A DNA stretch of 64,000 nucleotides from Haliotis rubra (lineage: Eukaryota): NCBI RefSeq assembly GCF_003918875.1, contig NW_025767277.1, forward strand, positions 1-64,000. Direction: 5' to 3'. How positions within the stretch are numbered: the first letter of the stretch is position 1; each line of letters opens with the position of its first letter. Below, one piece after another: positions 51,709 through 62,697 of this stretch. Made by a program: the position numbers and the translations under genes. The notes under the pieces were generated by a model. It saw only the letters and a list, made by a program, of their open reading frames with translations, did not search any database and was not told where the DNA came from.

Positions 51709-53305
51709 GCATTGGCGTTTACGATATCTGGAGGGAGAGAGTTCCAGATGTTTACCGTGTCAGGGATAAATTACCTGGAGTACAAACTAGTGTTGCATTT
51801 AATATTTTGTAGGTCAGAATTATTTCTCAAGTTATATCCACTTACAGATGATACATTTTCTGGAACTAAACTAGACAAAATAATCTGGAACTAGTTTGTG
51901 AACCATTTTGTAAAATATGTATAATTTTTGACTGCGTCTTCTATTTTCAAGTGAGAGGAAATATTTGTCTCAGAATGTAGTCTGTTATGACTTGTGTAAG
52001 CTGCGAACAGCTCCGCAGGTAGTTCTGATAGCGTCTAGATTTATTTTCGTCTAGAAGAAGCGTTTGCTCTTAGTGCAATTATCCCATACATGACACGCGT
52101 AGTCAAATATTGGTAAAATGAATGATTTGTACATTGTCAGCAGAGTTTTCCTGTTGAAGCGATATTTATAACTTCTTAGGCAGTTTATCATTGGACCGAC
52201 TTTTATGACTTTTTTATTGCCAAGAGTTACACAAGCGCTTAGAGTAAGTGGTGACCTTCATACAGTCACAAAGAGCTAAATTAAATTCTATGTGACGTTA
52301 GCGAAAAAAAATTCAGTGTGTTGTATTTTATATAAATGATTGAGAAATAAAGTAGAGAAATACAATAGACAATAACTCATACACATACATAAGTCAACCC
52401 TAAGGAGTTTAGACAGTCGATATAATAAGGCAATAAGTCAAAATACGCAACATCACCTAGTCTATTCACAAGAAGTGTTTACCATACAGTCTATGTACGA
52501 CCGTGATTCTAAATAGTGGCTGCTCAAATATGTTCAAACTGTATACAGAAAAGGAGGTCATATCTAAGTGAATAATCTACATGATAACACACAGTTTCTT
52601 GCCTTCCGAGCCTTCTCTTATGTGCACACAGTGCCACAACAACACACCCCAGCTCAGTCATGCCTGACCTATTGAGTTTCAGTTGGGTAGTGAATGCAAT
52701 ACCCTTCTTGGTTACAGCATAAGAACGCGTCCCACCCCAGACTATATGTCTTAAACCTCAGTGATGTATTTAGCAATCTCGTGTCTATCCATCTAATGAT
52801 ATGATACATGACAAATTATTTTCCATATAGCTGTGAGGTGAGACTGAACAATCCGCCAGCAAGTCATGTGCTATGTATCCTCCACCCGCTGATGTTGTAT
52901 CGGCACGTGACTGAACAGGTTTTTCTCGGGGAGAAGCAGACGACATTACCAGAAACTAGATATCTCGATAATATAACAGCGCGTGACACAAACGAGTATG
53001 CGTGTCTTTTATGTGAGCTTACATAGAAGTAACAAATCTACACGACTCCCGCTATACACGACGAGAAGGAACAGAAACAAAAAAAACAAAACATATATTA
53101 GCATAAGTCATATTAGTCACTTAACGATGTATGTATAGAAGTATCCAACACAGAGAGGAACAAGAGGAGCGTGACCTTTATTGAAAAATTGCTTACTAAA
53201 GAGACGACGCTACCTACTGAACATGTATTCACATTTCTACCGCATCAAAAGGTTATATTCCGCGGAATTACACAAACGCTATTTAAGTACGTACATATCC
53301 CAGAG

Positions 53306-53345
<40 letters not shown>

Positions 53346-53804
53346 ATTACAGTCACAAGCGCTACCGTTATCATCGGAAGCCATTATTGTCATTACAACA
53401 AATGTCTGAATATTCAGTGGAGCGTGGTATGTAGACCACTGTCAAGACACTCCCACAACTATACCGCGAGGAAGTTGAAAAATCATAACATCGGTAACTA
53501 CATTTCCAACCAGATCGACGTGCGTAGAAAATGTCAAGCACATATTAAAACAAAACACACAAGATTCGCATACACATTCCACTTTAGTTTTTATGATATC
53601 CTTGGAAATATAATTTCCCATATAAAGGTGAAATATGTTTTGTTTCTTTTTTGTTTTGGGGTATGGCGAGTATCATGCGGGTATAATGTTAAGTATTTTA
53701 TCATCAGTCATAGTGTCAATGTCGATATGAAACTCCATTTGTAACGCCACAAGCCCCACGTCACAAGTACACAAATACCCCATTCAAAGATACAACTCTA
53801 TTGA

Positions 53805-54590
53805 GTTAAGTTGAGTTAGGCTTTACGTCACATCGGCATTATTCCAGCCATATTGTGACGAGAACAAGTTTGCATTAGTAAACATTGTGGAGTACATACT
53901 CGGAATGAGTTTTATTTCAATTACATATATTGATTACGTTGTCATTTAAAAGCAGAGAAAGTCATAGCATCAAAATTAAAGGCAGGTAATTTGTTAGTCA
54001 CATTTCATAGGTACAATTTATGGTTGTTACATTTCGCAGTTACAATTTATGATACAGATCAACTTCCCTCAGGTAGTTCACTATCAGATGAGCTCACGCG
54101 GGAGAACAGATCTTTTAGGTTTGTTGCATCATAATGTGAGTCCCTTTGCAGAAGATAAGTCCACGCATTCAAGCAGAATATGCTTGATGGTGAAAACCTC
54201 ATCGCAAGAGACACACATGGGGTCCATACCCCATCCGTTTTCAGCAGATAGTCATGTAAATCGACTGTGGCCAATACGACATCTTCGTAAAATTACCTCA
54301 TCACGTCTTGACTGACAACCCAAGCAGGTATAACCGATTGTTGGCTTCAATTCATGGAGTTTGTTTCTTCCTACTTGAGTGTTCCACCTTTTGCATCAGG
54401 TCCCGAGTATAGCTTTTTGATAGTGGGTTTGAAATCACTGTACGGGATTAGCAGTGGAGAAAGGGGGCTTGTCAAGAGCTGCTTTTGCTGCAGCATCGGC
54501 CTTGGTGTTACCTGCTATGCCGACGTGACCCGGCAACCAGCAGAGGACGATGTCACATTGGCCAGTAGAAAGGTCATTGTAAAGTTCTAA
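53805..54590 (-). mobile_element. Nimb/I LINE 3' fragment inside the Maverick
   Basis: DIVLCWLPGHVGIAGNTKADAAAK (RNase H), RRCRIGHSRFT, CVSCDE..TIKHILLEC and the Nimb tail atggctggaataatgccgatgtgacgt. Confidence 0.85.
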
Positions 54591-55305
54591 TTTGTCCAGG
54601 GTGATTTGGGTGACTTGAAGTCACATTTTGAAGTGCTTGAAGGCAGGATAATGAATCTGTAAAAACGATGAAGTTTTGGAATGTTTTGCTGTTGAATGTA
54701 GGTCAATTGGCCAACTCTGACTGAGCACCTATAGTCCTCCTTTCGCTGGAGTGAGCACACCTCCGACCCATTCACTTCATTCCATAAGCCAAACACTGGT
54801 GTACAAAGACGCGACCCTGAACAAAGATACTACTACTCCTTTATATTGTTGACGACTCAGTAGGTCAGAATGTATGTTGAAAGTATTCGTTCCCAGTCCA
54901 CTTGACCCCATGTCTGTCTGGATTTAACACAATCTTCTTAGTCGACCGATTACACGAGTGGGTAAAGCCTGTATTTGTACCCATTACTGAGAGAAAACCA
55001 AACAACGTGCATGAGCTATAACATATTGTTTTATTGAACCAAAAGCTGTGGTGTAAGTTAACATACATTCTCACAATGATATATATATATATATATATAT
55101 ATTTTACATGTACGAGAAACTGAATTCTACCCGGTAAAATGTCGCTATAGGGAAACCAACACAGAGTTCCGAGGTTCCATGTAACACTTTCAGTGATTCT
55201 GAGTTCCATGTAACACTTTCAGCATATCAGAAAACCTTGTGGTGTCGTCGCAACACAGCATACTGTTTGGACATCATGCTTGCAACACTCAAATATTGTT
55301 TATGC

Positions 55306-56036
55306 TTAATTAATCTGATCATTATCATCATCATCATCATCATCACCACCATCATCATTATCATTATCATCATCATCATCATCATCATTATCATTATCTT
55401 CATCAGCCATGTCAGAGTCAGTGTCACTTTCCGCCGCCGCTTCGGGCATATCTATACGAGTCAGGATGTCTTTCATTTTGGGCTTTAAAAAGAGTTTAAT
55501 TATATTTTTAAGGACTGATGGATCCGTGGAAGGGTCGATATCATCCAAACTGCTAAGAATGGGTTGAAACAGAGGTGCCTGTTTAAAGCATTGTGTGTAT
55601 TCTATCACGCAGCTGAGACTATTGGCTATTTCATTTTCCTACAACTGGTGCATAATTCTGTCCACCAATTCATCCGTTCGACCCTGCTGCTGTTACTTAT
55701 TTCTCTTGAGTTTCATCACTTCGTGGCGGAAGTTATACACCCGCTTCCAGATGCATTGCAAACCCACGTCTTGCCACTCCTCGGCTTCCACGTCAGCGTG
55801 CGGCGGTGGCTGCTTCCCCCACGACGACGATGTGTGACAACAGGACGATCTCCGCCTCGACCACCCTTCTGGGGAAGGGGAAGTCACTGACACCATCATC
55901 ACTGACAATCTCATCATCACTGTCACGCCTTCTTTGACTTTAAGGTAGTATTTTCTGGACACTAATATTTGATATGGCGCTGTAGATCATACATGTTATC
56001 TATCAGCACCCCACAATCAGCACAAGCCTTGGCCAT
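55306..56036 (-). pseudogene. Maverick accessory gene with N-terminal zinc finger and acidic C-terminus
   Basis: Reads MAKACADCGVLIDNMYDLQRHIKY*C, later IEYTQCFKQAPLFQPILSSL, and a poly-Asp tract from the (ATC)n repeat at 55316-55400. Confidence 0.6.
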
Positions 56037-56183
56037 CGTGAACAGACCCCGACTACTACTACTACGCATGTCAGAATCCGTGTCTTCTTCTTCCCGAGCG
56101 AGTTGATTATTATGAGGATCGTTTGAGCTCTTCTTCAGTCGTGGTCAGCTTGAGACGGATACTATCTGGAGAGGAGGCTCTCG

Positions 56184-57050
56184 CTATGCTTGTGGTACTG
56201 GTGAACTGCTGCTCTGTCGGTGTATGCTGCGTGCTCTGAGCTTTAGCACTCTCCTCCTTGGTTTTATAATGTTCACGTTCAAACGGTCCTTGTCGTTTCT
56301 GTTAGGTTTCAGATCAATAGTCAGTTGTCCAAAAGGTTGTCCTGCAACCCGTTCATACATGGACAAGGCGATCAATGTTTTCAGGGAAGATTCTACGAGC
56401 AAAGACCCTGATTTGTTGTCTGTCTATGGGTGAATGAAACAGTGTAACATAATGAGCATTCAAAGCAATGTCTCTGGATTCTCTTTTACCTCGGAAAACA
56501 GGTTTTGTACTAGAAGAAAAATCATCAGCACATTCTTATGATGGGAGGTTTGAGTAAACAGTCTAGAGATACGTTTGTCTTGTTTTGCTTCAGCCAGGTA
56601 ATCATCCAAGACCAACACACTGCACTGACGAGCGTCAAAGTAATCTTCCTCTAATATATCGTAGGGAAGTCCTTTCACAAATGTCACTCGAAGCGATTGC
56701 TCCTTTATGGTCTGATAAAGTGGTTGCCACTGTGTGTAACACCAAACGATATGGTCGGGGAGCGTTGATCAAGCAGCACTGAAGCAGCAACACGGTAGGT
56801 AAACACAGACTTTCCACAACCATTCGGTCCAACAACGAGAACATTCGAAGGGATCAGAAACTTGAATCCCTCATGTCTGTCCATATCATCCGGAGGAGGA
56901 GGAGGAGGAGGAATAGGAGATAAGAATAGTCGTTCCGTGCCTTTGCTTCTGATGTCTCTGTAGGTTGTCTTTCTGTGTAAAAGTCATCCCGCAATCTGAA
57001 CAGGTGGTCGTCACGTCCTTAGGGCAAGAGGACGACGTCTTATCCGTCGT
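56184..57050 (-). pseudogene. Maverick packaging ATPase (A32/FtsK-HerA) with upstream C2H2 zinc finger
   Basis: FKFLIPSNVLVVGPNGCGKS (Walker A 56807-56830), VLVLDD, LFTQTSHHKNVLMIFL.VQNLF, IALNAHY and PFGQLTIDLKP. CSDCGMTFTQKDNLQRHQKQRH at ~56935-57005. Confidence 0.88.
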
Positions 57051-57399
57051 AGGGCAACAGTGAAAATGGAGCTAGATTACCCAGTTGGTCCCTTTTATAT
57101 AGATACCCCTGCAGACCTTTCAGTTTTCACGGCTCTGATACAACTTCTTCTTGTGTCCAGCATAACATGTATGATCGTTATACATACTCTTCTGCGCCCA
57201 TAATAACCATGGTGAGCATACCAAAACCTCTATACTAAGCCGATGCTCTATCAAGCAGACAGGCATTTTGAATGGCATCATCTCTGAGCGCATTGAAAAC
57301 TGTGGTTTCAAAACAAATGCTACAATAGGCATGTAACTGGCGAAAAACTCTTCCAAACACCCACAGTAGTCTATAGGTAAACTAATCTTCGTAACACTG

Positions 57400-57612
57400 C
57401 TAGATAGTTATTTCTATCATTTTCCTTAGGAAACGACGTCTTTCATATCGAGTCACTGGTAATCTTCCCTTTAATAATCTATTGATGATAGCATTGACGG
57501 CAAGGATCTGTTCTCTGTTCTTTTCTAAGATGTCTTGTCGAATTTCCATAACGTCTTGAAACATTAACATGAACCTTAAAGAGTCGCAATGTTTCAACAC
57601 GTACCTAGCCAT
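57400..57612 (-). CDS. Small conserved Polinton-type protein
   Basis: RQDILEKNREQILAVNAIINRLLKGRLPVTRYERRR resembles the short Polinton R.AIL...I.AI.E...N.LKGN.PL...K..L family (recalled). Confidence 0.55.
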   Translation of the reverse strand: MARYVLKHCDSLRFMLMFQDVMEIRQDILEKNREQILAVNAIINRLLKGRLPVTRYERRRFLRKMIEITI

Positions 57613-58175
57613 AATCCTAGAGAAAACAAGCTCTTTACTCCTGTCGTTGTTGGCGCCTCGATGACTTTCATATTTCGAGTCAAACCGTATTTATACAACA
57701 ACAAAACAACAACCCAACTCTATACAGACAACCAATGCATATATATCGATTTATTCTCAACTATTCACAACTATATCGTACATCAACACTCATGTGGGCT
57801 TAGGGGCGCATGTGCGTGCATGCATGCGTGCAAACGTGTAGCACTCGGCTCCAACACCGCATATATATAATGTGTGTGTGTGCGTGTGTGTCTGTATCTG
57901 TGCATCTGTGCGTAGGAGCATGCATGCGTGTGCGTAGGTGTTTTGTAGTGCATGGTGCCACAAAGGAGAAAAAAACATACACACAGCAGACATTTTATGT
58001 TTTTTGTTGTTGTTGTATATACTTCAATACAACACACGAACAAATGGTAATACAGATCATGATATTGGTATGACACATTACACCGAGTTTTGAGGGAATG
58101 GTATTACAAATTTATATATATATGTATATAATTGCTATAAGGGATATACTGACATATATCGATGTACACAAAACA

Positions 58176-58388
58176 CTAAGCGTTTAATGCATTTTTATCA
58201 CTAACAAACACAATGAACACTTTTACAAAGATACACAGTAAAGCAAACACCGTAGGTAACATTCTTGAAAGCATAGTACACCCCAAAAACAACAACAGCA
58301 AAACGATAGTGACACCTGCCAGATAAAAAACACAAAAAACGCCAGATATTACACTGACTTCCCCGATGAGACGCACCCGGGATAGCAC
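58176..58388 (-). CDS. Small hydrophobic (2-TM) ORF downstream of the protease
   Basis: Co-oriented, starts immediately after the protease, with two hydrophobic stretches. Confidence 0.3.
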   Translation of the reverse strand: MLSRVRLIGEVSVISGVFCVFYLAGVTIVLLLLFLGCTMLSRMLPTVFALLCIFVKVFIVFVSDKNALNA

Positions 58389-58392
58389 TTCA

Positions 58393-58899
58393 TTATATAC
58401 TCGTACATATAATGGTCATTACCGATATAGTTGTTTCTGGAAAATGGTCGAGTATGTCTCTCAAACGCCATCCTCTCAGACGGAACAATAGATAGTATAC
58501 GACGTATTGTCCGCACGTTTCCCCGCTGGCTCTGGACGCGGTGTGGTTCCAAATAAGCACTCTTCTACTCCTTCCGCGACAACGACGGTATCTGTAGGTG
58601 ATGTTGTTTATCTCATCCACAAAATCGTGTACTTCTTTTAATCCGCGAATCATGCCATGGTCGTATCCTAGGCTGTCGAAAATGTCTATGGTGTCGGCGT
58701 TTACGTAGATGGCAAACCAGTGTTGACCCGCCTCGTGGGCATATTCGGTATTAACTACTATACCAGTTGGCCGCTGCTCATCTCTCACCACGCGCCCCGC
58801 CAAGTGTATTGTTAAATAGTTCAAGGCGAACACTCCCAAGACTTGGTCTCTAAGTATAGGGTCGCGGTGTATGATGCATTCCAGTTGACGAGTGTTCAA
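58393..58899 (-). CDS. Adenain-like cysteine protease (Maverick PRO), frameshifted near the C-terminus
   Basis: MNTRQLECII, GVFA, IVVNT, GQHWFAIY, IFDSLG and TCGQYVVYYL (His/Asp/Cys triad motifs). Confidence 0.92.
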   Translation of the reverse strand: MNTRQLECIIHRDPILRDQVLGVFALNYLTIHLAGRVVRDEQRPTGIVVNTEYAHEAGQHWFAIYVNADTIDIFDSLGYDHGMIRGLKEVHDFVDEINNITYRYRRCRGRSRRVLIWNHTASRASGETCGQYVVYYLLFRLRGWRLRDILDHFPETTISVMTIICTSI

Positions 58900-58936
58900 A
58901 ATAAATATTTCATCCGTTTCACATTTCTTTTCCCTT

Positions 58937-60240
58937 TCACGCTATGACGTTTCTGCTTTTCTCGATCTGAAAAATGTCATCAAATTCCCCATATACAACG
59001 CACGACACTGTCTCCGGGGCGGGATCGCGAACTGCGCTTCGAGTCTGAGTGTTCCCTGCTTTTGAAAACTCAGGTATGTTCCATCGTTGTTTTGACCGAA
59101 CACCGGATCGAATGAGAAGATGTACAGCGCGTAGCCACCGTGAAAATCGTCTCTGGAAATATCCACGCAGTTGAGGATTTCGACGTTCGTGCATAAGCCA
59201 ACACCCACTGGAGCAGACCAGATTGACGTATGCCGGGATGATGGATCTTCCGCCGGGCGCTGCTTTCTCCTAAAAGCGCAGTTTCATTGACCCGGATTCT
59301 CCGACTGTGGTGCCATTGCAGAACAGCGCTATTTTGCGAAAGGTCCCAGTTGCCGAAGTTATTAAAGTCACCTATCCCTACAGTCTTAGCGGATACGAAC
59401 CTGGTTACTATCTTGTTGGGTCGAACGCGAAGCTGGTTTGCCCCCTTGAAGATGGAGAACATCTTCACTTCCGTCCTGTGGTATGGGTATTTGGCCGGGG
59501 TCTTCAACAGCGCCTTCTTATGACCCCATATGACACCAGGATTCACGCACACTTTCATAACCTTTAGGGCGATGTCTTCGATATGCACTACGTATGCGGT
59601 GTCCGTCTTGGTCGCCATGAGCAGGTACTGGGGGCTGAATCGGCACAGTTTTACTTGCATGTCGACTTGGTTCAGTGTGTACCACTGCATCTGAAACAGG
59701 TCGTGCATCAGCGGGGACTCGAGGTCGAACGTTTTACTCTCGGAAGTGAACTTGAACCTGCTGAACATTCCCGTGTTGGTCCCGTTCGGATCTGTGGCGT
59801 CCATCTCCCCTGCAGTGTCCTTGAAAAACAGTTGAGCCTGCATCTTTGTCTTGTTGTCCATGGCGTTGGTGTTTAGGAACGTTTGAATGATAGCCTTGTA
59901 CGGATAGTGGCTGCTCGTCGAGTTGACGAGGTTCCCTTGCAACCATACGTCCACTTGCGAAAAGGGAATGCAGAAAGAGAGTGATGGGGCCCGCATTCTT
60001 CATCGCTACCCAAATGTGAGTTGTCCACTTGAGTTATCCTACATTTAACACACAGCGACGACCTTCTACAAGGTCGAGATATTTCAACCCGTTCTGACCG
60101 CTGATGGGTGCGGATCCGGATAGAGGCGACACCGGGCGGCAATCTTGAAGATTAGTCCTCTCTACGGCAGTTTGCGTTGACAGCAAATGGAATATCGCTA
60201 GTTCTGGTGGTTTGCGTTTCCGTTAGAGCTTTCTGTCATG
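58937..60240 (-). pseudogene. Double jelly-roll major capsid protein (Maverick MCP), several frameshifts
   Basis: PELAIF...TQTAVE, YLDL, GPITLFLHSLFSQVDVWLQGNLV, YPYKAIIQTFL, LMHDLFQM, AKYPYHRTEVKMFSI, GYALYIF, GTLRLEAQF and VYGEFDDIFQI..SRNV. Confidence 0.93.
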
Positions 60241-60292
60241 ATGATGATGACCGCCGTCCTTTATAAGACTTTTATCTTTTATTATTATGTTA

Positions 60293-60699
60293 TTAACCTA
60301 AAATGTCTTCTATAGTTTTCTCCCGCCTGTGTGCCTGCGATAACTTCGTCTTCTTCTTCCTGCCGCTGACGTTCTTCTTCTTCTTCTCCTTCTTGTTCAT
60401 GACAGCTCCTGTCCTTCGGCTATTATGGGTGGTAGGCGGCGATACTTCTTCTTCTCCTCCCTCCCCGGTAAGCGATCGTCTGGCACTGCCGCCTGTTTGC
60501 CAGCGTCCGCGTTTTGTTGTATTGCTATTAAACCCCATTGTATCAGCGCTCGTCTTCGAGACTGAACCAGGTAATGTCGTCGTATCTCGGCCTTCGCTTG
60601 ATCTACAACCTGTTCGTTCGGGCTTACTATTCTTATGTCCTTTTGTGGAAATGACGTTGTCGTCGTCTGGTAGGGCTTTGTTCGAGTTATTGTTGTGTG

Positions 60700-60741
<42 letters not shown>

Positions 60742-60970
60742 AAGAAGTCGCGTGATGCCAGTGATCGTTCTAGCGTGATCATGCTAGATGTCAGTTTGAA
60801 ACTGATAGATGTCACTACTCGCCTAGCCAGCGGTTGTTGCTGCATCTCTTTCCCCTTGGCGACCTCGTCATAGTATTTTCACCACACAGATATGTTCGGT
60901 ATGTATAGTCCGTCCTCGGTTTCGTCTCTTCTTCTCGCGTTGGGGTGTTCTCCAAAGCCGTCCGCCAACA
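60293..60970 (-). pseudogene. Maverick putative core/DNA-binding protein
   Basis: N-terminal LYIPNISVW*KYYDEVAKG and a Lys/Arg-rich C-terminus ending EDILG, located between minor and major capsid. Interrupted by (TG)n. Confidence 0.5.
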
Positions 60971-61004
60971 TTTTTTAAGCACATGGGCGATGTCCTCCCT
61001 CCGC

Positions 61005-61467
61005 TAGACCAAAACGGATATCGCCTCAGTTGAAGCGTCAGCGATGACACGTCAGTATGAATGGCTGGTTCCCCAGCTGCGTCCGTTATGTATACGTCGA
61101 TTTGTTGTACAATGTCGTTGATGAGCCCAATACCGATGTCGTAGGGGTCGTCTATTTTTATGTTCCACGTATAATTGGTCGTGGATGATGTTGTTTTACT
61201 TCAGCGTCGTAGTAGAGGTTGTCGTTCGCCGCCTACGATGATGGGTTCGCATATAGTAAACAGTAAATGTAGAGCATGTCGTCTGTTACTTTCGTCTTTC
61301 TCCCCTCTTCCCTGGGTCCGTTTGACGTAAAATTCTCTCAGGGCGATGGTCCAATGCCCTTCTAGACGTAACGGTTGTAGTAAATATATAGAAAACTTAT
61401 GCAGTTGGTTGTCTGGGAAATACAGAGCGCTGTTGTTGCTGTTACCTACTATCCATTTGTCTTTCAT
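61005..61467 (-). pseudogene. Minor capsid (penton-like, single jelly-roll) protein
   Basis: SNNSALYFPDNQLHKFSIYLLQPLRLEGHWTIALREF ... IIVGGERQPLLR ... IQQ-type IDVYITDAAGEP ... LTLQLRR. Confidence 0.8.
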
Positions 61468-61544
61468 GGTGGGGATCCTCTGGTAACTGTTGTTTTGTGT
61501 GTGTGTGTGTTTTCCCCCTTTTCGCCCGCGTCTGGCTGCTGCTT

Positions 61545-62697
61545 TTTGTGTGATTTCCTTGGCATCTATCCACGAATTGAACTTGGCCGGGAAGCCGGCC
61601 CATTTAACGGAGTGCTTGTTTGGTTCCTCTCATTCTTCATCCTCCCAACAGCCTTTACTGTTCTGTATTTCAAAATACTCTCTATACGCCAAAGTGCTCC
61701 GACTGGGTTTTGCGAATTTTTTCATTTCAGATTGATAAAATGTGCCCTGTATAGGGTCTGATGGCAGGTCTTCTACCCTGTATACAGGTATACCGTCTCA
61801 GCGCTCTCGTTGTGCGACTCTGAAGACCACCTGCATCCATTTCTCATCGTATTCTTTTCGAATGTTCTTTTGTTCGTGGATAGTCGTACGAGATTGCTGA
61901 CCAGCAAAGCCGTAGTTCGCTGGATAATAATGGTGGTGCGTTGGTTCTTCTTCTTCTTCGTGGTTGTTTTTTCCTCTTTTTTCACGATGACGTTTTTCCT
62001 TCTTTACTTTCGTACTATCAAGCCATATCAGTAGCTTCGTTCGTGTGGTCAATGTCGGAGGGGCTCTCCTTTCAGCGACCTATGCGAGGCGGTGGCTATA
62101 GTTATGTAAAGCGATGTCCTGTATAACGTCCGTGTACCGATACGTTCTCCTGTACGTGAAATATCTGTATAGCATAGTTCTAAGCGTTCGGATGAACAGT
62201 TCGGCGTAGTTGGCTTTAATGTCATTGTTTTGTGTTTGATATGATATCGTCTATAAACTTGTTTAACCTTCTTATTTCGGAATTCCATGCCTTGGTCCAT
62301 TCTCAGAGTGAATGGCGCCTCTCTGCCATGGTTGTGAATACGCTTTTCATGGCTCGAGCCATTTTTCCGAGGAGTTTGTTTTCATGGGCGATCCATACGA
62401 ATCTGGAAAAACAGTCTATAATGATAAGCTTAGGTACTTCATACCATCGTTGCTGTCGGTGATGTTCGACACGTCGCATAGAACTCCACTGACTGCTATA
62501 ACCCGGTTTCTCTTGAATCTTGTGCATGGTGCTTTGTGCAGGCTATATACTTCTTGCTCTCTCAACCAATACCTCGCCTGCGATGGGTTGATATCAGGGT
62601 CTTTTCTTTTCAGGGTTTGTACAAACTTTTGATATCCTCGAATGCGCCTGGTTCGGGGATCGTAATAATGACGAGCTAATACTTCTTGAGGTGCCAT
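61545..62697 (-). pseudogene. rve retroviral-like integrase with C-terminal chromodomain
   Basis: LARHYYDP, WLREQEVYSLHK, IIDCFSRFVW, DQGMEF, AELFIRTL, IQGTFYQSEM and VKWAGFPAKFNSWI. Confidence 0.9.

Noticed and set aside
52300-55300. Maverick pPolB remnant
   Set aside because: No exonuclease or polymerase motifs (DxxSLYP, KxxxNSxYG, YxDTDS) were seen by eye in any frame.
55227-55488. Poly-Met and poly-Ile ORFs
   Set aside because: Alternative frames of the (ATC)n repeat. Only the poly-Asp frame fits the Maverick gene.
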